Assembly (NCBI RefSeq): GCF_004010195.1 | Contig: NC_057757.1 | Span: 7,233,304 to 7,273,382 of the forward strand | Origin: Chiloscyllium plagiosum | Taxonomy: Eukaryota | Direction: 5' to 3' | Length of the DNA: 40,079 nt | In this document: positions 1 to 11,448 of the stretch, in pieces | Position numbering within the stretch: the stretch's first letter is position 1 | Layout of the letters: each line of letters starts with the position of its first letter | Notes under the pieces: model-generated | The model's input: the letters and a program-made list of their open reading frames with translations, nothing else | What the model was told of the DNA's origin: nothing | The model's database searches: none | Translations under genes and position numbers: made by a program

Positions 1-322
1 AGTACAGGAAGGAGAGGGAAGGGGAGGAAGAATGGAAAGGGGAAGAATGGAGATGGAAGGGGAGGCAGGGACATGGAAAGGGTGAGGGAGAGGTGAGTAG
101 AAGGAGGCTGGAGTGGGAGGTGACAGTGAGGGGATAAAGGACGGTTCTGTGTGAGTGCACGTGGTTTGTGTGCACCATGTGTGTGTATGAAGTGTGAGTT
201 CCATGTGAATGCACTGGTGTGTGAGAGATGTCTGAGTTGGCATGTGTGTGTGCAAGCTGTGTCTGTTAGTAACACTGCTGAGGAAATCTCACCTGTCACT
301 ACTGTATCTCCCCTCACCACAG

Positions 323-480
323 CAAAGGGAGCTAATGCAATAACACTGCAGTCACACGAGGCAACAGATTTCCTGCGGACACCTCCCACTCGCAGCCGAC
401 GCCACATCAAGTGGTACCAACAGAATCCTGACTTCCAAGCGTGGTACAAGTATTACCAGAAAATCGGCCACAATGAAGGG
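323..480 (+). CDS. Actinodin-family protein, internal coding exon (propeptide, RSRR cleavage site, start of conserved N-terminal domain)
   Basis: Acceptor ccctcaccacag|323 (phase 1) and donor GGG|gtgagc at 481 (phase 0). Encodes AKGANAITLQSHEATDFLRTPPTRSRRHIKWYQQNPDFQAWYKYYQKIGHNEG, which matches my recollection of teleost actinodins (RxRR..WY...PDFQ.YY.YY..IGH.EG). Splices in frame to 3008. The paralog (and1-4) cannot be assigned. Confidence 0.85.
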
Positions 481-825
481 GTGAGCACCAGCCGTGGGAG
501 GTCTGCCCCACAATGTTATATCAGCTGGGGGGGCATCGCGGTTACTGTGCAGCTTGAAATGTCACAAATCACGGGAAACTGGAGTCAAGGAAAGAATGAA
601 TCCTGACTTAGAGAAACATGTGTTGAGAAGGGATTTGCAAATCGAGTGGCTAACCTTGTTGAGCTCCTCAATGAAGCAACGGGGAGGGTTGCTGAAAGTA
701 GTCCATCTCTTGCTAGAGTGGGGAGGAAACGTACTTTTGAAGGAACTTTGTGGAGGGGTGCTATAATCGAAATGGGACACATTTGGGGTGGGTGGAAAAG
801 CAGGGGGGTGCTTATACACACCTAG

Positions 826-1115
826 CAGTGGGGCAGTGGTAATGTCATAAGTATTCCAGAGACCTGGGCTCATGGGATCAAATCCCACTATGGCAAACGG
901 TGAAAATTGAATTTTAAAAAAATCTGGAAGGAATGGTGGCCATACAATCACTGTCAAATGTTGTATAAACCCATTTAGTTCACTAATGCCTCTTTAGGGA
1001 AGGTAATCTGCCTTCACGTGACTCCAGACCAATGGAATTGAATCCTTAACTGATAACAATGCAATCAGAGTCAAGCAATGAATGCTGGACCACACACATA
1101 TCATGGACATTTTAA
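826..1115 (+). mobile_element. Second SINE family (core GTTCACTAATGTCCTTTAGGGAAGGAAATCTGCC...GTGACTCCAGA), degenerate
   Basis: tRNA-like head; related copies at about 9790-10115, 12328-12505 and 14527-14858; tail shared with the second LINE family. Confidence 0.65.
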
Positions 1116-2087
1116 AAAAATACCTTGGGGTGGGCGGGAAGAAGAGTTAATAAAAGTGTACACAATACGTGACTTTGTCATTAAACACTAAATCAAAAGA
1201 CAAGGAATGGAAACCAGGAGGAGTAGGCCATTCAGCCCTACAAACCTTCTCCACCATTCAATATGATCATGGCTGACCCTCTATCTCGACGCCATACTCC
1301 CACTTCCTCTCCATAAGTTTAAAAGGCTTCAACCACATTCTTGAATGTGTTCAGCAACTTTCTCTGCACAGCCTTCCTCACAAGTTCACTACTCTGAGTG
1401 AAGAAACATTTCCAGATCTCAATCCTCAGTAGTCTACCCCGTCTCCTGAGACTGTGTTCCTTGTCTCTAATTAACCTTCATGGAGGTTGGATCACAACAT
1501 ATTTTAAGAGCAGGCAGATTTCTGAAAGAAAGGGGGAGTTGAGAACTGGGACAAAAAAGGAGGAATTTCTTATCTCCGAGGGTAGCATACCTGTAGAATT
1601 CTTCACCACAGAGAGCTGTTGAGGCTGGGTCATTAAATACATTTGAGACAGAGATAGATTTTTAGTCAGTAAGGGTGTCATGGGTTATAGAGAAAAGGAG
1701 GGAGTCTCTTCGAGTGTCTTCTCACGTGGGGATGTCGAAGGTTTCAAAATACCTGTTGTGTATTTATGGCGAATCAGGAATTGAATACAGGCAGCTATCG
1801 CTGCTTTCAGTCTTTTCTCAAATCCTCCGTCTTACCCGCGGTGATTGGAGCTATCCAATTGCTAATAGTGCCAAGAGGCACTGACCAAACAGCAGCAACC
1901 ACTGACTAAACAAGCAGTTGGCCGGGGACTGCAGTACTAAAAGATAACTTTGATGTGGATAAAATAGCTTGAGGAATTAAAGGTGGAGGAGGTGGGTACA
2001 ACATTGAAAAGGCATCTGGATGAGTACATGAATAGGAAGGGTTTAGAGGGAATACAAGCCAAAATGCTGGCAAATGGCAGTAGATCA

Positions 2088-2375
2088 GCACGGTAGCTCA
2101 GTGGTTAGCACTGTTGCCTCACAGCGCCAGGGTCCCAGGTTCAATTCCAGCCTTTGACGACTGTCTGTGTGGAGTTTGCACATTGTCTGCGTGGGTTTCG
2201 TCCGGGTACTCTGGTTTCCTCCCACGTTCCAAAGATGTGCAGGTCAGGTGTTGTGGCTATGCTAAATTGTCCATAGTTGCTAGTTGCATTAGTCGGGGGG
2301 CGGGTTACTCTTCAGAGGGTTGGTATGGACTTGTTGGGCCAAAAGGCCTGTTTGCACACTGTAGGGAATCTAATC
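2088..2375 (+). mobile_element. tRNA-derived V-SINE (HE1-like)
   Basis: A box TAGCTCAGTGG, B box GGTTCAATTCC, V-domain TGTGTGGAGTTTGCAC...TCTGCGTGGGTTTC, CR1-like tail. Confidence 0.85.
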
Positions 2376-3007
2376 AGTTTAGGATACGTGAACGAGTTGG
2401 ACTGAAGGGGATGTTTCTGTGCTGTACGTCTCTTTGACCACAATGTTGTTGAATGTTGGAGCAGATCCGATGGGGTCTCCTATATCCTTTGGAAATCTAC
2501 AAGGCTGGAATACAAACCAAAATATTATTACCTGGGATGTTGATGTCTGCCAGTCCCCTCCAGGCCATTATCGTGCCTCTGGTCACAGTACACTCCATCT
2601 TTATGGGCACCATAGCGTGGACAGCAAAAGATGGGCAGTCAGATATCACTGCCACTCCCAACAGTCTGCAGCCTGTTAATGGCCACTTTGGCTGGGGGTT
2701 TTGGGGGGGGTGGGGGGAGCCCCTCCGATCTGGCCGCTCACTCCTAAACCCCTCATTTCTTCAGACGGGGCTTACCCACAGATTTGGAGTTGGCACAATT
2801 TGAGGGGGAGGGAGCGAGATTAAGGGAAGGGGAGGGAAGCTGGAGGAGAGACTAGAAGGCTAACGTTCTCGGGCTGCTGAGATTGGTGAGGGAGGACAGA
2901 GGTGGTTTCCGTGCCGACACTGGGAGCGGACAGCAGCAGGGGTTTTCGCAGCTGGCAATGTAAGGATCAGTTTTCCTCCTGTTTCACCGTCTCTTTGCTC
3001 TCTCCAG

Positions 3008-4216
3008 CTGTACGAAATCGATCGGATTCGGCTAATCTATCTGCAAATGAGGCACCTAGAGAACGTCTACGGAAAGAATGCCCCATTCTATCAATATACC
3101 ATCGGCCTTGCACCGACACACGGCAAAGGGGTGTCCGCTCCCTCCTGTGATCCCAAGACAGACAAGAACTGTAAATCACAGCCACCGCCCCCTAAGGTGC
3201 CCGTGGCCCAACCCCCGCCCCCACCCAAAAAGGCTCAGCCTGCAGATCCACCTCAGCTGGCCTGTAATCCCCATGACCCTGCCTGCCTGCTGCAGTACTT
3301 CTACCAGTTCCTAGCCAATGTTCAGACGGACTCCAAATGTGACCCCAAAACGGATCCCAAGTGCCCACGAGTGGCCAGAACACTGCCCTGCGACCCCAAG
3401 TACGACTCGTCCTGCATGTCCTCCACGTCTGCGGGCAGGCACTACAAATCCATGCACTGTGACCCCGTGTATGACCCGGACTGCGAGGAGGACGAGGAGG
3501 AGGAGGGCAGCGATGGGCAGCCTCCGACGCCTGAGCCGTGGGGAGCTCAGGGTCCTGAGGGAGATGAGCACTCGGAGGACGATGACGTTGATCCTTATGA
3601 CCCATATTATCCTGGTTACTATGACCGCTATCATCAGCAAGGCGCCTCTCCGTATGGAAATCCACATGGTGGCCCTACAAATGAGAATCCATACGATGCC
3701 TCTACGTATGGAAATCCATACGATGCCTCTACGTATGGAAATCCACACAGTGACCCTACAAATGAGAATCCACACAGTGCTTCGGTGAATGGAAATCGAC
3801 ATGGGACCTCTACAGATGAGAATCCATATGCTGTCTCTACATATAGAAATCCAGAGAGTATCTCCACGTATGATAATCCATATGGTTCCTCTCCCTATAG
3901 GAACCCTTATGGTGCTTCTCCTTATGGAAATCCATACGCCGCCTCTCCCTATGGAAGCCCATACGCCGCCTCCCCCTATGGAGACCCATACGCCGCCTCC
4001 CCCTATGGAGACCCATATGGCACCTCTCCCTATGGAGACCCATACAGCGCTTCGCCCCATGAAAACCCATATGGCACCTCGCCCCATGAAAACCCATATG
4101 GATCTCCCTACAACCCACCATACGGATCTCCCTACAACTCCCCTTATGCCTCACCTTATGACCCTCGTTACAATCATGAGGATGAGGACGAGGATGAAGA
4201 TGAGGACGAGTATTAA
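3008..4216 (+). CDS. Actinodin-family protein, terminal coding exon (402 aa + TAA)
   Basis: Polypyrimidine tract ctctttgctctctccag|3008. LYEIDRIRLIYLQMRHLENVYGKNAPFYQ continues the actinodin domain in frame with ORF 3047-4216. Five Cys repeats (CDPKTDKNC, CNPHDPAC, CDPKTDPKC, CDPKYDSSC, CDPVYDPDC) fit the actinodin C(N/D)PxxDPxC motif, followed by acidic and Tyr-rich regions. Confidence 0.88.
   Translation: MYEIDRIRLIYLQMRHLENVYGKNAPFYQYTIGLAPTHGKGVSAPSCDPKTDKNCKSQPPPPKVPVAQPPPPPKKAQPADPPQLACNPHDPACLLQYFYQFLANVQTDSKCDPKTDPKCPRVARTLPCDPKYDSSCMSSTSAGRHYKSMHCDPVYDPDCEEDEEEEGSDGQPPTPEPWGAQGPEGDEHSEDDDVDPYDPYYPGYYDRYHQQGASPYGNPHGGPTNENPYDASTYGNPYDASTYGNPHSDPTNENPHSASVNGNRHGTSTDENPYAVSTYRNPESISTYDNPYGSSPYRNPYGASPYGNPYAASPYGSPYAASPYGDPYAASPYGDPYGTSPYGDPYSASPHENPYGTSPHENPYGSPYNPPYGSPYNSPYASPYDPRYNHEDEDEDEDEDEY
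3641..4099 (+). repeat. Coding tandem repeat, 17 x 27 bp (9 aa, consensus about xASPYGNPY)
   Basis: Units from GASPYGNPH to GTSPHENPY counted directly in the translation; 459 nt = 17 x 27. Confidence 0.9.
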
Positions 4217-4866
4217 GCGGAAAGTGTTAACCCTCCAAGACAACAGGACAAGGGACCACGAATGCATTCTTCACCCCACTCTCCTCCCATCCCTCTCCCT
4301 TCAGCTTCTATGGGACATGGGTTTTTCACTATTTTGGATCAAACCGGAAACAGGCTCAGAGTGGTTTGCACAAAGGAATGGGGGAGGTAGTGAGCACCCC
4401 TCCCTCCCCACACCCCTTGCCCCTTATTATCGCTAGCTGTCCCTCTGCGGACCGCACAGGGTGACAGAGCAGCCGCTTTTCCTCTCTACCCAGAGCTGAG
4501 CTGCAGAGATGAAGGAAGGGGAACCGTCTGTAAACAGCCGGGTGTGGCGGTACCTTTCACAGTGATCATTCTGTGTCCTGTTGTCTTGGAGGTTCACTGT
4601 TAAACTGATGCGATTGTTCAAAAGTAAATACTGAAACAGCATTTGGTGGTTGCATGAAAGTTAATTCACTCTCAGGAGCAAGAGGTGCAAAGCATTCTCT
4701 TTCAATCAGGCACCAATCGCCTCATCTCCCCCTCCCCCGTCCGCTCGGACACCAATCGGCTCCATCCTGGCTTTGTCACTTGTTGCAGATTGACTCGCCG
4801 CTGGGGAGCTGTCTGTCTCCCCGCTGCCAGCCGTTGCTGTAACTAGCTTTGGCTATTGTCGTGTTC

Positions 4867-4872
4867 AATAAA
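4867..4872 (+). terminator. Probable polyadenylation signal of the actinodin gene
   Basis: First AATAAA I found after the stop codon, about 650 nt downstream. Confidence 0.55.
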
Positions 4873-5513
4873 CTCCTCTGCACACCAGCCGCTATCGGTC
4901 TGCTTTAAATTGGACTTGGTCACCGGCTCTCCAACAGCATTGCAGCCTGATCAATGGGATGGGGAGGAGATGCCGAAAGCCCGAATCGAGCCAAGGACTG
5001 AGTTGCCACAACTAATTTGTTGTTGGGGGGGGGGGGGGGCAGATAGAACTGAAACAAATCTTAAGCAAAAGGCTAACCCAAGGGATGATCGATCTTTCAA
5101 CTAAGAACAAAAGAGCAAAGTTTCACCTTCACATTCCGAGTTGCATTTCTGTAGCGCCATGCGCGATAACAATTCATTGTTGTATAGTGCTTTAACGTAA
5201 TAGACGCGAGGTGCTTCACTCGAGCGCTATTGAGCATCAGTCAACACCAAACCACCCCAAGATATCAGTGGCAGGCTTTTAAAAATTAATTGATCATGGG
5301 GAGTGGGCCTCGCTGACTCAGTCAGCATTTTGTTGCCCATCCCTAACTGCCCCTTGAGAAGGTGGCAACAAGCTGCCTCCTTGAACAGCAACACTCCATA
5401 CGGGGGGTATGGGCACCCACTGTGCCATTAGGGAGGGAGGTCCACGTACATTACCTTGGTAACACTGAAGGAACGGTCAAAATATATTTCCAGGTGATAA
5501 TGGTGTGTTGCAG

Positions 5514-5721
5514 GCAAAAGTGAGGACTGCAGATGCTGGAAACCAGAGTTTAGATTAGAGTAGTGCTGGAAAAGCACAGCAGGTCAGGCAGCATCCGAGT
5601 GGGAAAATCAACGTTTCGGGCAAAAGCCCTTCATCATCCCCTATTCCTGATGAAAGGCTTTTGCCCGAAACTTCGATTTTCCCGCTCCTCGATGCTTTTC
5701 CAGCACCACTCTAATCTAAAC
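5514..5721. mobile_element. Short palindromic Penelope-derived insertion
   Basis: Inverted arms of the Penelope terminus; 15-bp TSD AATGGTGTGTTGCAG at 5499-5513 and 5722-5736. Confidence 0.8.
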
Positions 5722-5777
5722 AATGGTGTGTTGCAGCCAGTGGTGTTCCCTTGTGTCTGCTGCCCTGATCTAACTAT

Positions 5778-5906
5778 GAGAAAGTGAGTACTGCAGATGC
5801 TGGAGACCAGAGTTGAAAAACGTGGTGCTGGAAAAACACAGCAGGCCAGGCAGTATCTAAGGAGCAGGAGAATCGACATTTTGGGCATAAGCCCTTCTTC
5901 AGGAAT
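5778..5906 (-). mobile_element. Short Penelope terminal-repeat insertion
   Basis: Same family; 7-bp direct repeat TAACTAT at 5771-5777 and 5907-5913. Confidence 0.7.
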
Positions 5907-6439
5907 TAACTATACTCAACAATCTAATTTAGAGAGTTGCCCGATGTAAAGAAAAACGTTCAACTCAAATATTTGGCAACTTAACAATTGCGTCTTGCAG
6001 AATGCATATATGTTCAATAAAATGCATGTATTGATTTTTCGTACCAAAAGAGCAAAAAAAATTAAAATATACCAAACTGAATTGACACGCAAATGGACTG
6101 TTTTTGAGACTATCATGCTATCAGTAAAGTCGGCAGCACTAACAGATGATGTCTGGAATTAAGAACTCTTTGGGACCATTTTCATAATGCTATAATAGCA
6201 CATGTAGAATAATTTATCATCTCAGCTATTTTAGAAACTACGAACACTTACATTTCCTGACTTAATTTATTTTGGCTTTTTCATGTTAATGCAATCCAGC
6301 TGGATAAGACTGGAAGTTAAAAATGAGATACTGAAGAGCTTTGTTTTACGTTCCGTGATAATTTAAATTTATAGGTTTTCCTTGCTCTAATTGTGTTTTA
6401 TTCCGTTTTCTTCTCTTCATACTCGCCCATGTCCTGTTC

Positions 6440-7400
6440 TCAATAAAGTCATCCAGCATGAAACAGACCCTTCAGTCCATGCCGAACATAATCCCAAACT
6501 AAACTAGTCCCGCCCTACCTGCTCCTGGCCCATAACCCTCCAAAACTTTCCTATTCATGTATCCATCCAAATGTCTTTTAAACGTTGTAATTGTACCGGC
6601 ATCTAACACTTCCTCAGAAAGTTCATTTCACCGTGAACTACCCTCTGTGTAAAAAAAATCGCCTCTCGTGTCTTTTTAAAATCTCTCTCCCATCACATGT
6701 GCCCCCTAGTCTTGAAATCACCCATCCGTTAACTGCTGTTTCTTTTAAAATTTCTACAACTTAATTAATCAAACCCAATATACCTGAGGAAGAATAGAGT
6801 AGCCTTGGAGGCAGTACAACAAAAGATGATCCCTGGACTTCAGAGATTGTGATGAAGAGAGATTATACAAATTAGCCCGCTTTTTCTGAAATTTAGAAGG
6901 TTAAGGGGTGATCTGATTGACGTCGAGATATTAACAGAAGACAGGTTGGACAGATTGTTGCCACTGGTTGGGGATTCTAGAACTGGGGTCACTGTCTATA
7001 CGTTAGGAACAGGAAGAGTCATTAGGAAGCACTTTGACACAGAAAGGGTGGTAGAGATTTCGAATCTCTTCCACAAATGGCAGTGGATGCTGGATCAATT
7101 ATTAGTTTTAAATCTGAGATGCTTTTTTATGTGAAGCAAAAGGCCGATATTTGGAGTTAGGCCAGAGATTAACCATGACCTTAATGAACAGCGGAACAGG
7201 CTTGAGGGGCTGAATGGCCTACTGCCATTCCTACAATCAGTACAGCAGAAGCCACAAGCCTGGTACACAGAGTCAGAGTCCTACAGCATGGAAGCAGACC
7301 CTCTGGTCCAACCAGTCTATGCTGATCATTATTGAAACTAAATTAGTCTGACCTGCCTGCTCCTGGCCCATATCCCTCCAAACCCATCCTATCTCTTACT
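6440..7400. mobile_element. Cluster of CR1 3'-end fragments (6440-6730 minus, 6790-7230 plus, 7270-7400 minus)
   Basis: Similar to the 3' end of the 28685-30555 element (RGDLI, HFxTERVV, LEGYGP motifs). Confidence 0.7.
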
Positions 7401-7506
7401 TTGCCAACAGAAGGAAAATCTGGAGTCATGAGGTGAGTGAGTAAGTGGATAGTTGGGAGAACGAGTGGTGGGAGCAGGAGGTTGGAACAGGCAATCTTGA
7501 GGTAGT

Positions 7507-8218
7507 CAAGATTAGAGTGGTGCTGGAAAAGCACAGCAGGTCAGGCAGCATCTGAGAATCAGGAAAATCGGCGTTTCGGGAAAAAGCCCTTCATTAGGAA
7601 TGAGGCAGGGAGCCTCCGGAGTGGAGAGATAAATGGGAGGAGGGTGGGCTAGGGAGGAGGCAGCTAAGAGTGCAATAGGTGAATGGGGGTGGGGATAAAG
7701 GTGATAAGTCAGAGAGGAGGGTGGAGCGGATAGGTAAGAAGTAAGATTGGCAGGTAGGACAGGTCATGGGGACGGTGCTGAGCTGGAAGGTTGGAACGGA
7801 GGTAAGGTGGGGGGAGGGGAAATGAGGAAACTGGTGAATTCCACATTGATACCTTGGGGTTGAAGTGTTCCGAGGCAGAAGATGAGGCGTTCTTCCTCCA
7901 GGTGTTGGGTGGTGAGGGAGTAGCGATGGAGGCGGCCCAGGACCTGCATGTCCTCGGCAGAGTGGAAGGGGGAGTTGAAATGTTGAGCCACGGAGCGGGG
8001 TGGGGTTGATTGGTGCAGGTACCCCAGAGATGTTCCCTAAAGCGCTCTATGAGAAGGAATCCAGTCTCCCCAATGTAAAGGAGACCGCAACGGATATAAT
8101 AAATGACATTGGTGGATGTGTAGGTGAAACATTTTGGATGTGGAAGGCTCCTTTGGATGGAGGTAAAGGGGGAGGTGTGGGCGCAGGCTTTGCAATTCCT
8201 TCAGTGGCAAGGGAAGGC
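7507..8218 (-). mobile_element. Penelope-like retroelement 3' fragment: GIY-YIG endonuclease remnant plus terminal repeat
   Basis: YIGETG encoded near 8060-8078 and AQHFNSPFHSAEDMQVLG...EEERLIFCLGTLQPQGINVEF, followed by the terminal sequence shared with the short palindromic elements. Confidence 0.85.
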
Positions 8219-9280
8219 AGCCAGATCTGTTTCCAGAGGGTATCAGGGGAATAGTCAGATGTTTCCCCAGTAGCCAAGCTGTGGGGGATAGTCAGTAAGG
8301 AGGGTCATTTGTGGACTTCAAAAAGGACTAGGTTTCTTGAAGCAACTCCCCTGATTAGGTAGTGTGGAGGTGTCCAAAGTCTCTGATTCTGATACAGTGT
8401 CAAAGACATTCACAGAGGATCCCAGTGGAACTGCTTCCTGGATATTTACACTTCAAGGCAACTTCTACATTGGTCCATATGTCTGATCTTCCACAGGGTT
8501 CGAACACCCGTCTTCAGTCGACAGACTGGAAGATTTAGCTCCTCTTCAATCACTCATGGTGACTTGTTAGCGTTTAACTTGGTCTTGCCTTATAGTGGAT
8601 GCATTCTCCTGCACTTTGTTGACCATCATACGAGTTTCCCATTGCGGTTCTGACATATTTTCTCACGTTGTGTTCTCGGTTATTCATTTAAGAAAGTCAT
8701 TAGATGTATTTTTCCATTTCTGACTTTAAATAACTGCCCTCGCTTATCAGAGAACAAAGTCATGCCAATCACCTACCTGCTGTGTTTTTCCAGCACCACA
8801 CTAAACTAGACCATCATTCGATAGCTGCCATTTCTTTTATCCTACTCTCTCTCTCCCCCCATGTGCTTTCTTTCCCTGCCTCCTGGCTCCCCCTTTAACA
8901 TCCTCATGCTTGCCCTGAGCTTTGTCAGAATGGGCATCTCAGCCAGCAAAGGGTTGCTTCTCTTCTGGGTATCCCAGACTTTTCTTGGGAGGGGTAGAGT
9001 TCCAGATTTCCACTCCCCTTTGTGTGAAGCATTCCACTGCTCCTGAAGCTCTACCCAGCTCGAATTCCAAGGTTTGTTCTGGAGGTAGCTTCTCTCTTTT
9101 CTTTACCAACTGCCACCATTAAATATAAAAGGAGAAATATATGATAATGGAACAGAAGCTTGGACAATGCAACACTTCCAAATAAGTTAATCCAGTTAGA
9201 TCCAGTACTGTTCTGATGAAACTACTGCATAGCCAACACACCATTCCTAAGGCGACGTGCACAGAACTGAACAGACTTCA

Positions 9281-9631
9281 TAGAATCACAGAATCCCGAA
9301 AGTGTGGAAGCAGGCCATTCAGTCCATTGAATCCAAACAGACCTTCTGAAGAGCATCCCATCCAGATCCACAGCCCCCCTACCCTAACCCTGCATTTCCC
9401 ATGGCTAATCCATCTAGCCTGCACACCCCTGGATACTATGGACAATTTAGCATGGCCAATCCACCTAACCGGCACATCATTGGGCTGTGGGAGGAAACCG
9501 GTGCAACGGGAGGAAACCCACGCAGACACAGAGATGATTTGCAAATTCCACACAGACAATCATCAGAGGCTGGAATCAATCTTGGGTCGCTGGTGCTATG
9601 AGGCAGCAGTGCTAACCACTGAGTCACCGTG
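9281..9631 (-). mobile_element. tRNA-derived V-SINE (HE1-like)
   Basis: Reverse-complement copy of the 2088-2375 family. Confidence 0.85.
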
Positions 9632-9789
9632 ATGAGGTGTCACGAGTGTTCTGAAAAGCTCTAATATAACTTCCATCCTTGGGTATTCCAACACCTGAGG
9701 TAGACAACTTGCAGTTATTTCTGTGAAATGCCTCAAGGTGGTTCATAGGAGGATTGTTAGACAGTCCTCAAAGAAGTTGGCATATTACT

Positions 9790-10115
9790 AAATGCACTGG
9801 AGACGTGGTTTGACTCCCACGTCAATCAATTAAATTCAATTGATTGATTCATCTGGAACTGAAAGTTACAGCCTGTACAAGTAACCATTGCAACTACTAT
9901 TAATTGTCATGAAAACCCATCAGCTTCACTAATGCCCTTTATGAAGGGAAATCCACTGATTTTACCCAATTTGGTCTACATGGCACTTCAGCCCCATAAT
10001 GATGCTGTTCACTTAATGACTCTCCGATGTGGCCTAGCAAGCCACTCAGTTCAAGTACAAATATGGACAGGCAATAAATGCTGGCCTTGCTTTGGTCATG
10101 AAATAGTGAGTTTTT
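9790..10115 (+). mobile_element. Second SINE family copy
   Basis: TTCACTAATGCCTTTTATGAAGGGAAATC core and GGCCTAGCAAGCCACTCAGTTCAAG...GGCAATAAATGCTGGCC tail. Confidence 0.65.
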
Positions 10116-10249
10116 AAAAAAACTCATACTTATTCCACAATAGGAGATATTAAACCAGATGACCAAATATTTCAACAGAGGTTGGTTTTCATGAGTGTCT
10201 CAAATGAAAGAGAGAGGGAAGTGGGGGTAAGGTGGGATGGAGATCACGT

Positions 10250-10380
10250 GTCAGAGAGAGAGAGTCAGACAGAGGTAATAGAGAGAGCAAGAGACTCAGA
10301 GAGCAAGAGACTCAGAGAGCAAGAGACTCAGAGAGCAAGAGAGGCAGAGAGCAAGAGAGGCAGAGAGGCAGAGAGGCAGA
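10250..10380. repeat. AG-rich compound microsatellite (AGAGAGCAAGAGACTC)n / (AGAGAGGC)n
   Basis: Directly visible. Confidence 0.85.
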
Positions 10381-10896
10381 TTCCGAAATCTCTGTACTGA
10401 AGGCATGGTGAAATGGTTAAAATCAGGAAAGAAACCAGAATTAGTGGACTACAGTGATCCTGGGGAGTTACACAGTTGGATGAGGTTGCAGATGTAGAAA
10501 CTTTAAAAATTGATATAGTGCTCAATTGGAATTCAAGGGAGACAATGAGGACAGGCACGATGAGTGAGTGGAACATACTGTGGGTTAGAGTTTGGTGCGA
10601 ACAGATTTGAAGAAACCCAAGTTTTGCGAGGTTGGAAGTGGGAGGGCAGCTAGGAGCACAACCGAATAGTTAAGCCTGGAGGAAGCACAGGAACGGGCAA
10701 GAGCTCAGGGGCAGGTGGGGTGAGGCATGGGTTACAGAACGGAAGAAACGAAGGGGGCAGTGAATGGGGTGAGATGGTAGAGATGAAATAGAGACAATGG
10801 CATAGAGAGGCATTACACAGAAACGATTCCCAACTGCCGGTCTGGAAGACTCCGGACCAGTTTCAGAAGAGCGACAACAATTGAGTTCCTTTTAAC

Positions 10897-10902
10897 TTTA
10901 TT
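10897..10902 (-). terminator. Probable COPS6 polyadenylation signal
   Basis: AATAAA on the minus strand about 405 nt after the stop, followed by GT/T-rich sequence. Confidence 0.65.
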
Positions 10903-11307
10903 TCTAACACGCATGGTTTTAGCTGCACAACGGACAACCTAGCATCTGCTCGCCAGCAGGAAACACGTGAAGCAACACAGCCACAGTGTGTGAATTCAAA
11001 TTCCCAACCAGCCAGTCACTTTGTCACTGAAGCAACAAACTCAGAGTGAGACGGCAGCCATCAATGAACAGGGTGACAAGTTGCCCCACTTCACAAGGCT
11101 GGCCCGAACATCTCTCAGCAAAGGGAAGGGAAGGAGGGTATGGGGAGGGCCTGAGAGTCGGCGTTGGGTGGGAAGGGGGAGGGGAGGAGGAAGAATCACC
11201 GATACATTTCAGGTCGCCGCCCGCTGCAGTGAAGAGGTTGCCCCGCTCAAGATGTGAACTCTCACAGTGTGCTATACCCAGAGGGTGCAGACTGCTCAGA
11301 CCCTCGG

Positions 11308-11448
<141 letters not shown>

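Noticed and set aside
1..270. Purine-rich and GT-rich tract
   Set aside because: Ordinary low-complexity intronic sequence with no regular unit.
151..606. 151-aa ORF as a standalone gene
   Set aside because: Only 323-480 is exonic; the flanks are GT-rich and intronic sequence beyond clear splice sites.
2088..2160. tRNA-like sequence with A and B boxes
   Set aside because: Head of a V-SINE, continuous with the SINE body; the same applies to the other copies.
3192..4436. Overlapping ORFs in other frames and on the minus strand (3311-4087, 3318-3788, 3789-4436)
   Set aside because: Shadows of the 27-bp coding repeat and GC-rich actinodin exon; no independent evidence.
8220..8760. Possible degenerate LINE ORF1 remnant on the minus strand (VRTLWKIRH)
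   Set aside because: Similarity is too short and degraded to support without a profile search.
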